DNA of 64,000 nucleotides, taken from Lama guanicoe (Eukaryota). Shown piece after piece: positions 36,701 through 48,987 of the stretch (positions are counted from its first letter, which is position 1; every line of letters starts with the position of its first letter). The stretch spans positions 2,238,658 through 2,302,657 of the forward strand of contig MU053934.1 of assembly GCA_013239625.1 (NCBI GenBank), written 5' to 3'. A program made the position numbers and the translations under genes. The notes under the pieces were generated by a model, which worked only from the letters and a program-made list of their open reading frames with translations, had not been told where the DNA came from and did no database searches.

Positions 36701-36799
36701 ACTCAGCCTGGAGACACTGCCCTCATTCTAGGGCACAAGTAGGAAGCAGTCAGAGAAGGGGCGACTACCTGGGCAGTCCCCGCTGGTTACTGAAGCCAT
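29863..36799 (-). CDS. APOL3: Apolipoprotein L family protein (APOL2/APOL3-like; 'APOL-B'), join(36799-36769, 34233-34113, 30799-29863), 362 aa; symbol is family-level only
   Basis: GCAGCATGG start. Exons of 31+121+937 nt splice in frame: MASVTSGDCPDPESFFEAVVKSLQDILSREEL...REEADTLREYL...FLKRFPRVKRKLEESIRKLHDLADKVDK...LRQRARELEKRLEEL. Confidence 0.92.
33555..34120. repeat. Tandem duplication of about 283 bp that includes the APOL-B middle-exon donor site
   Basis: catgaagaaaccaaggcagaga...gcacgtcacctggacaa occurs twice at a 283-nt offset; single copy in APOL-A. Confidence 0.9.
34113..34233 (-). CDS. APOL3: APOL-B middle coding exon (121 nt)
   Basis: cccatctag|AT...TCCAG|gtgacg; encodes (D)PESFFEAVVKSLQDILSREELSQLLTEVLNRFVAEGNLS(R). 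Confidence 0.92.
36769..36799 (-). CDS. APOL3: APOL-B first coding segment (whole exon 36876-36769)
   Basis: ATG GCT TCA GTA ACC AGC GGG GAC TGC CCA G|gtagtc. Confidence 0.85.
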
Positions 36800-37469
36800 G
36801 CTGCCAGCAGAGGGATGTCAGCGTCCTACTTCAGCTCACCAGTCTGCGTCAGGCTGGAAGCAAGTGTGGCTTCACCCTTGGGGAAGAGAAAACAGATGGT
36901 AGACTGGAACATGAGTGAGCTCCGGCACCAGGGAGCAGCAAGGGGACCGGTCTCTGGCCATTTCCCCTGGGATGGCCACCAGCGCCACGGTGGACTCAAA
37001 ACAATGACTTTCTCTGTCTACAGGGCTCTGCTGGTGGCTATTCAGAGAAAGCCCTTCCCATCACTGCAGCTCCCTCGCAACAAAGTCAGAGTCTTGTTGT
37101 CCTGTTTGGGCACAAGGAGAAGCTATTCAGACAACACATGGCCACCTGGAAAGTTCTAGAAGCAATAAAACCAAACACAGAAGAAAAGAATGGAAGGGAA
37201 TACTCTTCAAATCACGTGAGGGTGGGGGCAGCTGTGTTCACTAGTTGAAGGCCGCTCGCATTGCTGCCGGGTGTGTGGGCTGCAGGGCTGCAAAAACTCC
37301 CGTGCACTTAGCTTAGCCCAGGTTCTCACCCTGGTGCTGCAGCCTGGACTTGAACCCAAGTCTTTCAGATCCAGATGCCACATTTGTGATGACTGTGCTC
37401 TGTTGCCTTTTTTATACAGAAATATTTAATCATGGATATATGTTTATTGGTGAATGCCTCAAGTCTGAT

Positions 37470-38430
37470 CTTAAAAAAGAAGCATCTTACCACTGTGGCA
37501 AACAGAACGACAGTGCCTCAAAGAACTCAATATGCAATTACCATGTGATCTAGCAATTCCACAGCTGGGTTTAGACCGAATGAAGCAAAAGCAGAGACTC
37601 AGAGATATTTGAACAGCTGTGTTCATCATATCATTATTCACAACAGCCGAAAAGGAGAAGCAACCCAAGCTTCCATCAGTGGATGAATGGATAAGAACAA
37701 TGTGGTCTTCACATATTTACCTTTAAAAATAAGGCAATTCTGACATGTGCTGCACTAACGATGGGACTAGAGGACATTATACTCAGTGAAATAAGCCCGT
37801 CACAGAAAGATGAATCCATAGGATACTGCTTATATGAGGTACGTAGAGCAGTCAGATTTTAGAGACAGAAAGTAGAATGGTGGGTGCCAGGGCTGTGAGT
37901 AGGGGAATGCGGAGTTAGTGCTTATAGGGCAAAGTTTCAGTTTCACAAACTGAAAGAGCTATGGAGATGGGCAGTGTGATGGTTGCACAATATTCTGAAG
38001 GTATTTAACACCACTCAATGCTACACTTTAAAATGGCTAAGCTGGTAAAGTTTATGTTATGTATATATTTCAACAATGAAAGAATTTGTTTTTTAAAAAA
38101 GCCAGTCACAAAAGGAAAACTACTGTCAGATTCCACTCATATGAAGTGCTTAGGGCAGTCAGATTCATGAAGGCAGGGAGGACAGTGGTGCTTCCAGGAG
38201 TGGAGGGGAGGGAAGGGACAATGGGGACTTAGTGGTTCATGGGGACAGAGTTTCAGTTTTGCAAGATGTAAAGTGTTCTGGGATTGGATGGTGGTGCTGG
38301 GTGCCCAACACTGGGAATGTCCTTAATGCCACTGAACTGGACACTTAAATGTGGCTACGATGGGAAATTTTACGTTATGTGTATTTTATCACAAGCACTT
38401 TCCAAAAAATGAATCTTTAAAAAAGCCGGC
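37470..38430 (+). mobile_element. Old L1 3' fragment
   Basis: ORF2-end and 3'UTR motifs (ttaccatgtgatctagcaattccac, tggatgaatggataa). Confidence 0.7.
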
Positions 38431-38734
38431 TTTTATGGAAAAAAATTAAACACCTAGGCACACTTCCAGCAGAGCTGCGGTGTCAGAGAAGCCGTTTTGC
38501 ACTAGAAACTCGAGTCTGAAGTGCTGGGAGGGAGCACGTGGCCCCGGTGAGCAAATAAAACTAGACTGAGCACCAAGGGCAAAACCGTAGTGTTGCCTCC
38601 ACGCGTCTGGTGGATGGAAACACCTCGGCGCCCTTCTACTCCTGTACTAGACGGAGACAGTTCCCTGCCACCTCACCCCAGAGCTGGGATTTGTGTCCTG
38701 AAATAAAATCCCTTGAATTAAAACTCATTTACAC

Positions 38735-41700
38735 GGGGCTGGCAGCCAAGTGGCAGAGTTGAAGGAGCCAGCTCTCGCCTCCTTTCACAAACACACCCAA
38801 ATCACAACCAACTTTAGATCAACCATCAGTAAGAAAGCCTGGAACCTACCAGAAAAGGTCTTCCGTAACCAAAGACGTAAAGAAGGAACCACAACAAGAT
38901 GGTAGGAGTGATGCAGGAAAAATGGATGTGGGGAGTGAGGAGGGCTGTGTCTCAGGTTTCAGTGGAGCCCCTGGGATGTGCCCTGCCAGGTGTGGGTCCT
39001 TGGCTTCCCTCAGGAAAGATTTCAACAGTGAGCCACAGTTGAGTAAAGGTAAATTTATTTAGAGAGATACATACTGTATAGAGTGTAGGCTGTGACAAAA
39101 AGCAAGAGAAAGGCCACGAGGTGTGGTCATTGGGTGCTCAGGTTAAAGTATAAGTAGGTACACGCTCCACAGAGAGCGTGGGCTGTCTCCCAAGAGAAGG
39201 GAGTGAGAGAGGTGGCGACGAGGTGTGGTGGTGCCAGTTTTCATGGATTCAGTAGCTTCACAAGCTTACAAGTGGGAGGACTCTTCCCAACTACCCTGGG
39301 GAAGGGGCTGGGATTGCCAGGAATTGGGCCACAGCCCACTCTTTGGCCTTCTACGGTTAGCCTTGGGACTGTCCCGGACCTGGGGGCAGGTTATTTCTCA
39401 TGCTAATATATTTCAGGGGAGAATAATGAAGCTCAAGGTCTACTGGAAGGCAAACCTCTCCCCATCTTAATCCTCAGGGCCTACTGGGAGTTGAATCTTC
39501 CACCATTTCGGTGATAATTGCTGTCATCCCTTGAATGGTTGGGCCCTGCCCCTTTCCCTCCTGTCTCAGGAGGAGCAAACTTGTGATATAATCAAATCCC
39601 TTACCCCTGGGTGGGCAACCCACAAACTGGAGAATAATTATGTTGAAGAGATTCTCCCACAGAGTCACAGTTCTGAGCCCAAAGTCAGGCTCCTCGGCTT
39701 AGGAGTCCAGCATTAGGAAGAGAAGCCCCCAGAGTATGTAGCTTTGAAGGCCAGGGGGGGCTTAACTGTAGGAGGCCCACAGGACTGGGGGAAATAGAGA
39801 CTTCCCTCTCAAAAGGCACAAAACCTCATGCAAACCAGGACCAAGGGATTAAGCAGCAATATCATGGGACCCCGGGCCAGACCTAACTCCTGGGCTTGGA
39901 GCCTCTCCTGGGGAGCTGTGGGAATGGCTGGGGCTTTCTCTCTTTCAGTGGCGGACATATCGGGGCGTATTTATCTGCTCAAACTCTCCTGGAGGCTGAC
40001 ATCTTGCTTGAGTCTTATACCAAGACTGAGCCCCACGCAACAGCCTGTAGGATCCAGTGCTGGCTCACCTCAGGCCAAACAACTACCTGGGCAGGAGTAT
40101 AGTTGCACCATCAGCAGACAGGCTGCTTAATGACTTCCTGAGCGCACACTCACCTCTAGACACACCCCTAGACACAGCCCGGCCCACCAGAGGGCCAGGA
40201 CCCAGCTCCACCCACCAGTGGGCAGGCACTGGCCCCTCCCACCAGGAAGCCTGCACAAGCCTCCAGACCAGCCCCAGCCACCAGGGGGCACACACCAGAA
40301 GCAAGAAAACCACCATCCCACAGCCTGTAGGATGTGCCCAGAAATGCAGGCCACACCGCACCCTGGGACCAGCTGTCACCTGGCCCTCGGGTGATGACAG
40401 GAGAAGGCACTGCTGGGATGCATAAGACGTCTCCTAAGAGCGCCTCTTCTCCAAGGTTGAGAAATGGAACCAACCTACAACATCACATAAAAATAGAAAC
40501 GTAGACAAAATGAAGGGGCAGAGGAATGGGTTCCACACAAAGGAAAAAGGTAAAATCCCAGAAGAGGAACTAGGTGAAGTGGAGACAGGCAATCTCCCTG
40601 AGAAGGAGTCCAGGGTAACGATCGTAAAGATGATCAAAGACCTCAGGAGGAGAATGGGTGACCAGAATGAGAAGTCAGAGGTTTTTTAACAAAGAGTTTA
40701 AAAATATAGAAACCATTGAAGCAGAGTTGAATGTAACTGAAAGGAAAAATAGAGTAGAAAGAATCAACAGCAGACTAAATGAGACAGAAGAATGGATCAG
40801 TGAGCTGGAAAACATAGTGAAAATCACTGCCACAGAACAGAAAACAAGAAAAAAGAATGAAAAGAAACGAGGACAGTTTAAGAGACCTCTGGGACAATGT
40901 CAAGTGCACAATATTCACAGTATACTGGTCCCAGAAGGAGAAGAGAGAGAGAAAGACCCTGAGAAACCATTTCAAGAGAAAATAATGGAAAACTTCCCTG
41001 ATCTGGGAAAGGAAGCAGTCACCCAAATCCAGGAAATGCAGAGAGTTGCACACAGGATTAACCCTAAGAGTAACACACCCAGACACATTGTAATTAAAAT
41101 GACAAAAATTAAGAGAGACTATTAAAAGCAACAATGGAAAAGCAACAAATAACATCCAAGGGACCTTCCAGAAGACTATCAGCTGATTTTCAGCAGAAAC
41201 TCTGCAGACCAGAAGGGAGTGGCACAATTTACTTAAAGTGATGAAGGAGAACAAAACTATAGCCAAGAAGACTCAAGCTAGCAAGGCTCTTGTTCAGATT
41301 TGATGCAGAACTCCAAAGCTTCACAGACAAACAAAAGCTAAAACAATTCAGCACCATCAAAGCAGCTTTACAACAAATGTTAAAGGAACTTGTCTAGGCA
41401 GAAAAGAAAAGGCCACCACTAGAAAAAGAAAATTTATGAAATGAAAAAGCTCACCAGTAAAGACAAACATACAGTAAAGGGGGAAATCAGCCACACACAG
41501 ACTAGTAGGGAGGTTAAGACACAATAGTAGTAACATCAGCTGTATCCACAATAAGCAGTTACGGGGATACACAAAAGAGTTCAATGTAAAATATGATGTC
41601 AGAAAGAGTAATCCCAAGAGGAGGAATGGACAAATGCACAGTAGTTAAAAGGGATATGAAATGAAGAGATCAACATCTTAAAATGAACGCACACGCATAT

Positions 41701-42932
41701 AGAGGCTGCTATGCCAGAACCTCATGGTTACTGCGCACCAAAAATCTATAACAGACATACAGACAAAAAAGAAAAAGGAATGTAAACGTAACACTAGATG
41801 TAGTCAGCAAATCACGAGGAAAGACCAAAAGAAGAGAGAAACAAAGGGAAATGAGGAAACCATACACAAAATGAAAAGACAAGCTACAGAATGGGATACA
41901 ATATTTGCAAACGATGCAACCGACAAGGGATTCATTTCCAAGATACACCAACAGCCCATACACCTCAATTTCAAAACAGCAAGCAAACCAACCAGAAAAT
42001 AGGCAGAAGACCTAAATAGATATTTCTCTAAAAACACCTACTGGTGGCCAACAGACACAGGAAAACATGCTCAGCATCGCTAATTATTAGAGAAATACAA
42101 ATCAACACTACAGTGACGTAGCACCCAGCACTGGTCAGAATGGCCATCATCAAAAAGTCTACAAATAACGAATGCCGGGGAAGGTGTGGAGAAAAAGGAA
42201 CCCTTCTGGTCGGCATGTAAATTGGTGCAGCCACTATGGAAAACAGTATGGATATTCGTTAAAAAACTAAAAATAGAGTTACCATATGATCCAGCAATCT
42301 CACTCCGGGACATATATGTAGAGAAAACTGTAACTGGATAAGAAACATGCACCCCAGTGTTCAGAGCAGTGCTATTTACAGTGCAATGGCCAAGACAGAA
42401 AAGTGACCTAAATGTCCGTTGACAGTTGAATGGATAAGGAGGTGGTATATAAATATAGATGTAAAATGGGACATGAATCAGCCATCAAAAATGATATACT
42501 GCCATTTACAGCAACATGGATGGATCTAGAGATTATCATATTAAGTGAACTGTCAGAAAGATAAAGACAAATATGATATGATATCACTTATATGTAAAAT
42601 CTGAAAAAAATGATACAAATGAACTTCTTTACAAACCAGACAGAAATAGACTCACAGGCATAGAAAACAAATTGATGGTTACCAAAGGGAAAGGGCGTGA
42701 GGACGGAAAAGTTAGGAATTTGAGATTAATTTATACACTGTACTATATATAAAATAGATAAGCAACAAGGACCTCCTGTATAGCACAGGGAACTTTATTC
42801 AATTTCTCCTAATAACCTATTATAGAATAGTATCTGGAAAACAATATATACATACACATATATAAGTGAATCACACTGTTATACACTTAAAACTAACAAA
42901 ACACTATAAATCAACTCTACATCAAGAAAAAA
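38735..42932 (+). mobile_element. LINE-1 with 5'UTR, decayed ORF1, large ORF2 deletion, 3'UTR and A-tail, in APOL-B intron 1
   Basis: ORF1-like INSRLNETEEWISELE...PEGEEREK...ENFPDLGKE...RINPKSNTPRHIVIKM. Sequence jumps near 41850 to the ORF2 C-terminus (KMKRQATEWDTIFANDATDKGFISKI). Confidence 0.85.
38909..39568 (-). mobile_element. ERV1-type solo LTR nested in the L1 5'UTR
   Basis: TG...CA ends with TSD GGAG (38905-38908 / 39569-39572); reverse-complement relative of 11032-11663. Confidence 0.85.
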
Positions 42933-44303
42933 TATATTGTTTTATAACAGCACCTGAACCCTTTACGATTTGAAAGCATCTTCACACACAGGATGGCATT
43001 TGCTACAGCAGCCCTGTGATGAGAACATTTACCATCCTTTGCTTCACTAGAGAAAACTAAGGATCAGACCTGCCCCAAACCTGGGGACGCTGGGCTGGTC
43101 TCTGACCTTGTTCTGTTCTGTTGTCTGGACTTTGCCATTTCTCCAGAGGGAGAGAAACCCGGAAACTCTCCAGTATTCAAAGCATAATTATCTTCCCTAA
43201 AGCTCCCTGTTAGCTAATTATTAAAGAAAAGGGCACCTGACCAGAAGCGTGAATGTCCACGTTAAAAGTAAAGATTAAACACCCGCCCCCAGGATGCCCG
43301 TGCTGGTCCTCCTTGGGTGACGGGCCTCCCTTCCCAGGTGCCAAGGGCACACTGACTCACTGTGGAAAGGCTGCTCTGTTTTATTTATTGGAGAACTTGA
43401 AGAAATGTACCCCTTACTTGCTTAACGATCTTTGTTCTGATATTTGTTCTCTGCCCAGCACGCTTCTCCAGAGCGCTTCCTCAGACTTCCCTGAGAGGCT
43501 GTCTTCTGTGATACAGTCCTCAGTTTCGCTAAAAGAAATCTCTTTTCTGTTCCTATTAAAGGTCGTTTGCTGATTATTGTCATTGACGCGTGTCTATAAA
43601 TAGTCATTTAACCCTGAGACTTCAAAAGAGGATACCTGTTGCCACAGTGTGCAGATGACCTGGCTCCCTGCCTCGCTCTGGGCCTCCTTCCTCACAGCCC
43701 ACCTCCTGCATCTCCCACCTGACACAGTCCTGAGGGAGCGCCCCCAGAGCCCAGGAAGGCAAAGCCCCGCTGACTGCCTGCTTGGTCCCCTGTCCTCCCC
43801 TCTCAGGCCTCAGTTTCCCCCCCAGGGCATTGAGCAGGCACTGAGAGACAGGGGTGGGGGGTTCGGCCTGTGAAATTTTAATTCCCTGTATCTGAAAAAA
43901 CCCTTTGCCCTCTTCAGCCTTGCACAGGCCCTCGGGTGTGGCCTCAAGGCCACAAGGCTCTGACTCCCCCTTCCTCCTTCTCCTCTGATTCCCCAAATTT
44001 CTCAAAGAACCAGACCCCACCATCAATTACCTTCCTTCTGGAGTCACCGCTCATGTCTCAGCCACCTGAGGAGATTTTGCGCTCCCTCTGCTCTGTTTCG
44101 GGTACAGGGAGCAGGAGGAAGCAGTCAGATCCACCTGCCTCCACGTCCAGGCTCTGCCACTGCTTTACCTGTGATCCCGGGCCCCTCACCTCCTCTCCCT
44201 GAGCTCCCATTTCCTTCTTCTCCAAAACAGTGACAGTCAAGTAGTGACCAGCACCCTCTTCTCAGAGAGTCGTGGTGAGCATGGGGAGACGGGGTCTGCT
44301 TAC

Positions 44304-44455
44304 CCAGAAGTCTCCCTCTGGCTGAGTGTGAACCAGACCCAGACGTTCTCAGCTGTGCGGATCCAGTCACCTGCTCTGCGCCTGCGTAATAACCAGACAC
44401 AGCGTCCTCTGGTCCTAGATATACCCCTCAAATCAAAAGGGAAACTGAAAGCCCT
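44304..44455 (-). other. APOL-B non-coding exon 1 (5' end approximate)
   Basis: Paralogue of 17769-17915; donor TGG|gtaagc at 44303. Confidence 0.75.
44439..44451. promoter_or_regulatory. ISRE at the APOL-B promoter
   Basis: GGGAAACTGAAAG. Confidence 0.8.
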
Positions 44456-47400
44456 GGATCCTGAGTTGCTCACAGCACAGAGTCTGCCCAGCAGGCCACA
44501 CCCTCAGCACCCTCCCTGCTGACCCCTTTGAGAGACAACTCAAGATCTGACATTCCAGGTCCTTCTAGGCTCAGCCCATCCTGCCTCAGTCTCTGCAAAG
44601 GACCACCTGCCAGCAACAGACTGGAAGGCCCTGGGGAAATCACTCCCCCACCCACAGGCTTCCTCCCAGCCCCCACCGGCCTCTCAACCCCGCCCTACCC
44701 ACCACACCCCAGTCCATCTGCTTACTCATTTTTGTGCCACGAGGTGTGGACAGTCCTGGAACATACCAGATGCTCACTGCATAACTGTCATATTGCTGCT
44801 GTTGAACTCAAACTCGTGCGGGTTCTAGGCATTTGCTCACTCAGGTCTTTCTGCCACAACACCTGTTCCTACCACCTGGAAAAGTCAGTCTCATCCTCCA
44901 AAGCACAAATCTGGCACCACTTCCTCTGAGAAGCCCTCCAGGACCCTCTCCTGCAGAGACCATGGTCCCCTGCTCTGCTCCCATGGTACCTGGGAGAGGG
45001 GCCTAAGTCCACCTCAGCCACTGTGTGCATGCCCCGCAATCCCTCTAGATCAGGTCCCTGTAGACCTGGTCCTACTGGCAGGGACAGCACCAGAGCCCTT
45101 GGGTCCCAGTGACCCGCCCGAGGAGGCCTGTCCTTGGTGGTCACTGCCATTTGGATGGCTGCAGAGGGTTCGGGGAAGGGCTGAGGGCACGCTGCTCTTT
45201 TCTTCCCTGGCTTGTCTCCACTGGACAACAGATCTTTTTCTCTCCAAGTGGAGGATATTTACCAGAAGGCCAGTGTGCTAGCAACTCAGCAAAGTCTAAA
45301 ACAGAAAGCCAGATCCAATTCCTCTTTGGTTCTGGAGCAAAGAGCCATTGTGGACAGAGGGCTCAGCGGGTGCCAGGCGCTGTGCTGGCACCATCCACAC
45401 ATTTCCTGTGTAACCTTCACATCAGCTCTAGGAACTGCTGGCTCCATTTTACAGATAAAGGAACTGAGAAGACAAGCCTGTAGGTCATGCAGCTGTATTG
45501 CTATCAGACGTGGCCCAAGGAGAAGGGGCTGAGGTCCATCAGGGCACTCTCGGGGCAGCTTCATCCCAGGCCATGTCCCTGGGGCCTCATGGCCACCTCC
45601 CCTAGCACTTGACAGAGGGACAGAAGACTACAGCCTGGTCTTACAATCATCCCAGAACGTAGACCAGGACTATGATCTGAGTTTGCTGATAAGGAAGCTG
45701 AGGGGAGGAGAGAGATGGGGCTCTCTGCCAGCAAATCAGGGGAACAGCAAAGATTCAATCCAAGTTTGACATTTGACACTTCCAAATACCTCTCCTTGTT
45801 TAAAATTCTTTTTTATCATTATTTTTGTCTTGTAAACTCTATTCCTCCTGATTCTTCTCCCTTTCACTAGCACCACTTTATCTTGACAGGCAAACAAAAC
45901 CACTGAGAGACGCGAAACTCAGTTGAATAGCCTTATAAGCCGTGGCCTGGTTATCACAAGGGGCCTCTGATAAGCATGCAGGTTGGACTATAGGCATCCA
46001 TGGACTCGATAAACAGGGTCATGTGGTAGAGCAACCCGATGCAGGCCTAGACTCAAATCAAGGTGAGAATCAAGCAACTCTTGACTCCAGGGACATGAGC
46101 TGAGACCACCCCCTTTGGAGAACCCAAAGATCTAGTGACTAGACAATTAGGCTCAGCCTGAGCCCCAGGATCACAAGAGATGTCACCGAGGATGGCTACA
46201 GCTCCAGATCAGGGTCTTGGCCAAAATCTTTGGTCCGCAGCAATTTCAGCCACGGTGAAAGCAATGCCAATTCAGTGGGAAAGTCACCTGAAACTTGATC
46301 AGGAAGGTGTCTGGCAGATGCCACCAGCATCACCCAGTGGAGACTGAAAGGGTCAGCAGGAAGAGGCACAGGGCCACCGCCAAACTGACCCCTGCCCTAT
46401 CCCGTCTCTCCATCCCGTGGGGAGGTGTGTGTGGCTCCGACATGCTGCTCATTAGGAGTTGTGTGTTCCAGAGCAGGGACCCACCTCCACCTGCCTGTTG
46501 TCCCTTTTTATAGGAAGCTTCCAAATGAGCATGTGACAGTGGGGACATTAGAGGTCATCCCAGCGGCTAGCAGAGACAGGCACCTCAGGTGGCAGAGCAC
46601 AGGGAAATGGCCCTCCACGCTGACCTCACTGGTGACCTCACGGGAACGGGTCTCAGCCCCTCGTTGCCAGGCTGCCAGCATCACCCACTGGACAGTCCTA
46701 CTGGTCTCTCCTCAGATGGGAAAATCAGGCCCTAATTCAGTTAACAGTTGTCAACTCAGGAAGGTTCAGAACTAAGGATAAAGATGACAAATAAAATCGA
46801 ACCCATTATTTCAATAGTATTATGTTGAAATCAAGACAAACACATGTTTAATTTTCATGTAAGGGTAATGTTGAAGAGAACTGGGCACATTCTCAGAGTT
46901 AACAACAGATTTCAGATTCTATCTTACAACGGGTCATTGGGTACTTGATCTGGAGGAGTGACTTTAAGCTGAAAGGTCCTCTGCTTAGTACTAGGATGCT
47001 GCCAACGAGCTGTTCCCAGAGAGCAGCAGCAGCCTCACGGTCAGCAGACCCCAAACCAGGAGGGCGAGGGGTGGGGGTGGGTGGAGAGGGGGCGGTGACA
47101 GCCGCACCTCCAGGCATCTCTGGGACGTGTGTCAGGGGCGCCACCAACCTCTACCCTCCTGGCAGTTAGGAGACCGAGGAGATCCTTGTCTGGCGCCACT
47201 GTTGTGCTAAAATATGGCCTTAAAAATAACAGCATCCAGCCTCGGTGGCCAACAGCACGACAGCGCCTCAAACAATTAAATACAGAACTGCCATGTGATC
47301 CAGCAATTCCTCTTCTAAGTTGAGACCCAAAAGATACGAAAGACACAGACCTGCCCCAGAAGTAGGGAATTGGGCTGGTCTGTCTGACTCTTGCTTTCAT

Positions 47401-48310
47401 CTGTTGTGTGGACTATGCCGTTTCCTCAGAGGGAGAAAAGTCCTGAAACCCTCAAGTCTTCAAAAAATGGAATTTTCTTCCCTAAATTCTCCCTGTCAGC
47501 CTGAGATGAGTCACAAAGCTTCATATACCAGTAGAATTTGTTCCCCAAATTCCACTTGGCCTGTGAGTTTCTAGTGGCCACCGGCAGCCAGGTCTGGCCG
47601 AGTCCCCGGGACCCACTGCAACTGGGACCAAGGGTCAGCTTGCTCCTGAAACTGCTCCCACCTCCAAGGAAGACTGCCTGAGATCTTACTGCGCAGAGGG
47701 CCGTGGGCCCCGTTCTGCTGTGCCCACGTCGCCCTCTCTCCCGCGAGTTGGAGAGATAATTTGGCATCACCAGCCCTCTTTGAATTCGCCTCACCCGGGT
47801 TTATGTTGTGACTCACTTTCCTGCTTGTAGCAAATGTTACGGAGAGAATGCATGAGACTAAGGCACATAGCAGGTGCTCAGCAAACAAGAACCTTATTTT
47901 CTGGCACTCAGGTGTCTCCTTTTCTGGGCAGCCAGGTATCCTTTCAGCTTTCCAAGCCCCAAGGAGTTGTCCTCTGTCCTGAATATTCCCTTGCAAGGAT
48001 GAGAAAGCAGCCTTAGAGACTTCAGTCGCTTTCCCAAGGTCATCCGCTGGCCACAACTCCCCGTCTTTTATCCACAGACCCTTGCCACCACCATTCTTGA
48101 ATCAGAGACTTTAAAAAATAATAATAATTATACACTCACAGGGCAAAATAGCACAGTTGAAAAAAATAGTACAGAGAGGTCCCGTGTCCCCTACACCCAG
48201 TTTTCCTACAAGGGTGCTTTCTTGTGTCAATGCAGTCACGATGCAAACCAGGAAACTGACCTTGGTACCAAACAACAACCAACTACAGAGCTTAGTCGAA
48301 TTTCACCTGT

Positions 48311-48607
48311 TTGGTTCTTTTTTTCTTAACTGAAGTACAGTCAGTTTATAACTTTGTGTCAATTTCTGGTGTACAGCATAACGTTTCAGTCCTACACAAA
48401 CATACATATATTCCTTTTCATATTTTTCCTCCTTATAGGTTACAAGATACTGAATCTAGTTCTCTGTGCCAAACAGTAGAAGTTTGTTCTTTAGCTATTT
48501 TATAGTTAGTGGTTAGTATCTGCAAATCTCGAACTCCCAATTTATCCCTTCCCACCTCCCTTCCCTACCGGTAACCGTCATTTTTTTTATGTCTGGGAGT
48601 CTGTTTC
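48311..48607 (-). mobile_element. 5'-truncated L1 3' end
   Basis: T-rich tail; TSD ttcacctgt (48302-48310) / ttcaccagt (48608-48616). Confidence 0.7.
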
Positions 48608-48987
48608 TTCACCAGTTTCTGCATACACTCATTTTCATGTCTTTGTGATAATCCTATGGCATTTTATCACTTGTGCAGATTCATTTCGCCATCAGGACAA
48701 TCAGCTTACAGACTGTTCTGTCACCACAGAGGAATACTTCTGCTAACCCTTTTGGGTCGTACCTTGCTGTGACTTCCCTAAGTCCTGGAAGTCACTGAGC
48801 TTTTCTCCATCCCTACAAGTTTGGTGTTTTGAGAATATTTTATAAGTGGAATCATGCAGCCCTGTAAGATTGGCCTTTTTAAAAAAAATTCACTCAAGAA
48901 ACTGGCACTGAGACCCATGCAAGAGGCTGGGAGACTCAGGCTCTGTCCCTCAGCGCTCAGAGCTCAGGGGAGGGTGGGAGCCCAAAC

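Larger units (their letters stand above)
42945..45760. repeat. Duplicated promoter block Y (paralogue of about 16625-19400; partial inverted copy at about 62700-63980)
   Basis: Colinear similarity that includes exon 1 and the upstream region. Confidence 0.85.

Noticed and set aside
47129..47323. Identical 64-aa ORFs in both arms as a conserved microprotein
   Set aside because: Non-ATG start and partly L1-derived; the identity is at the DNA level in all frames.
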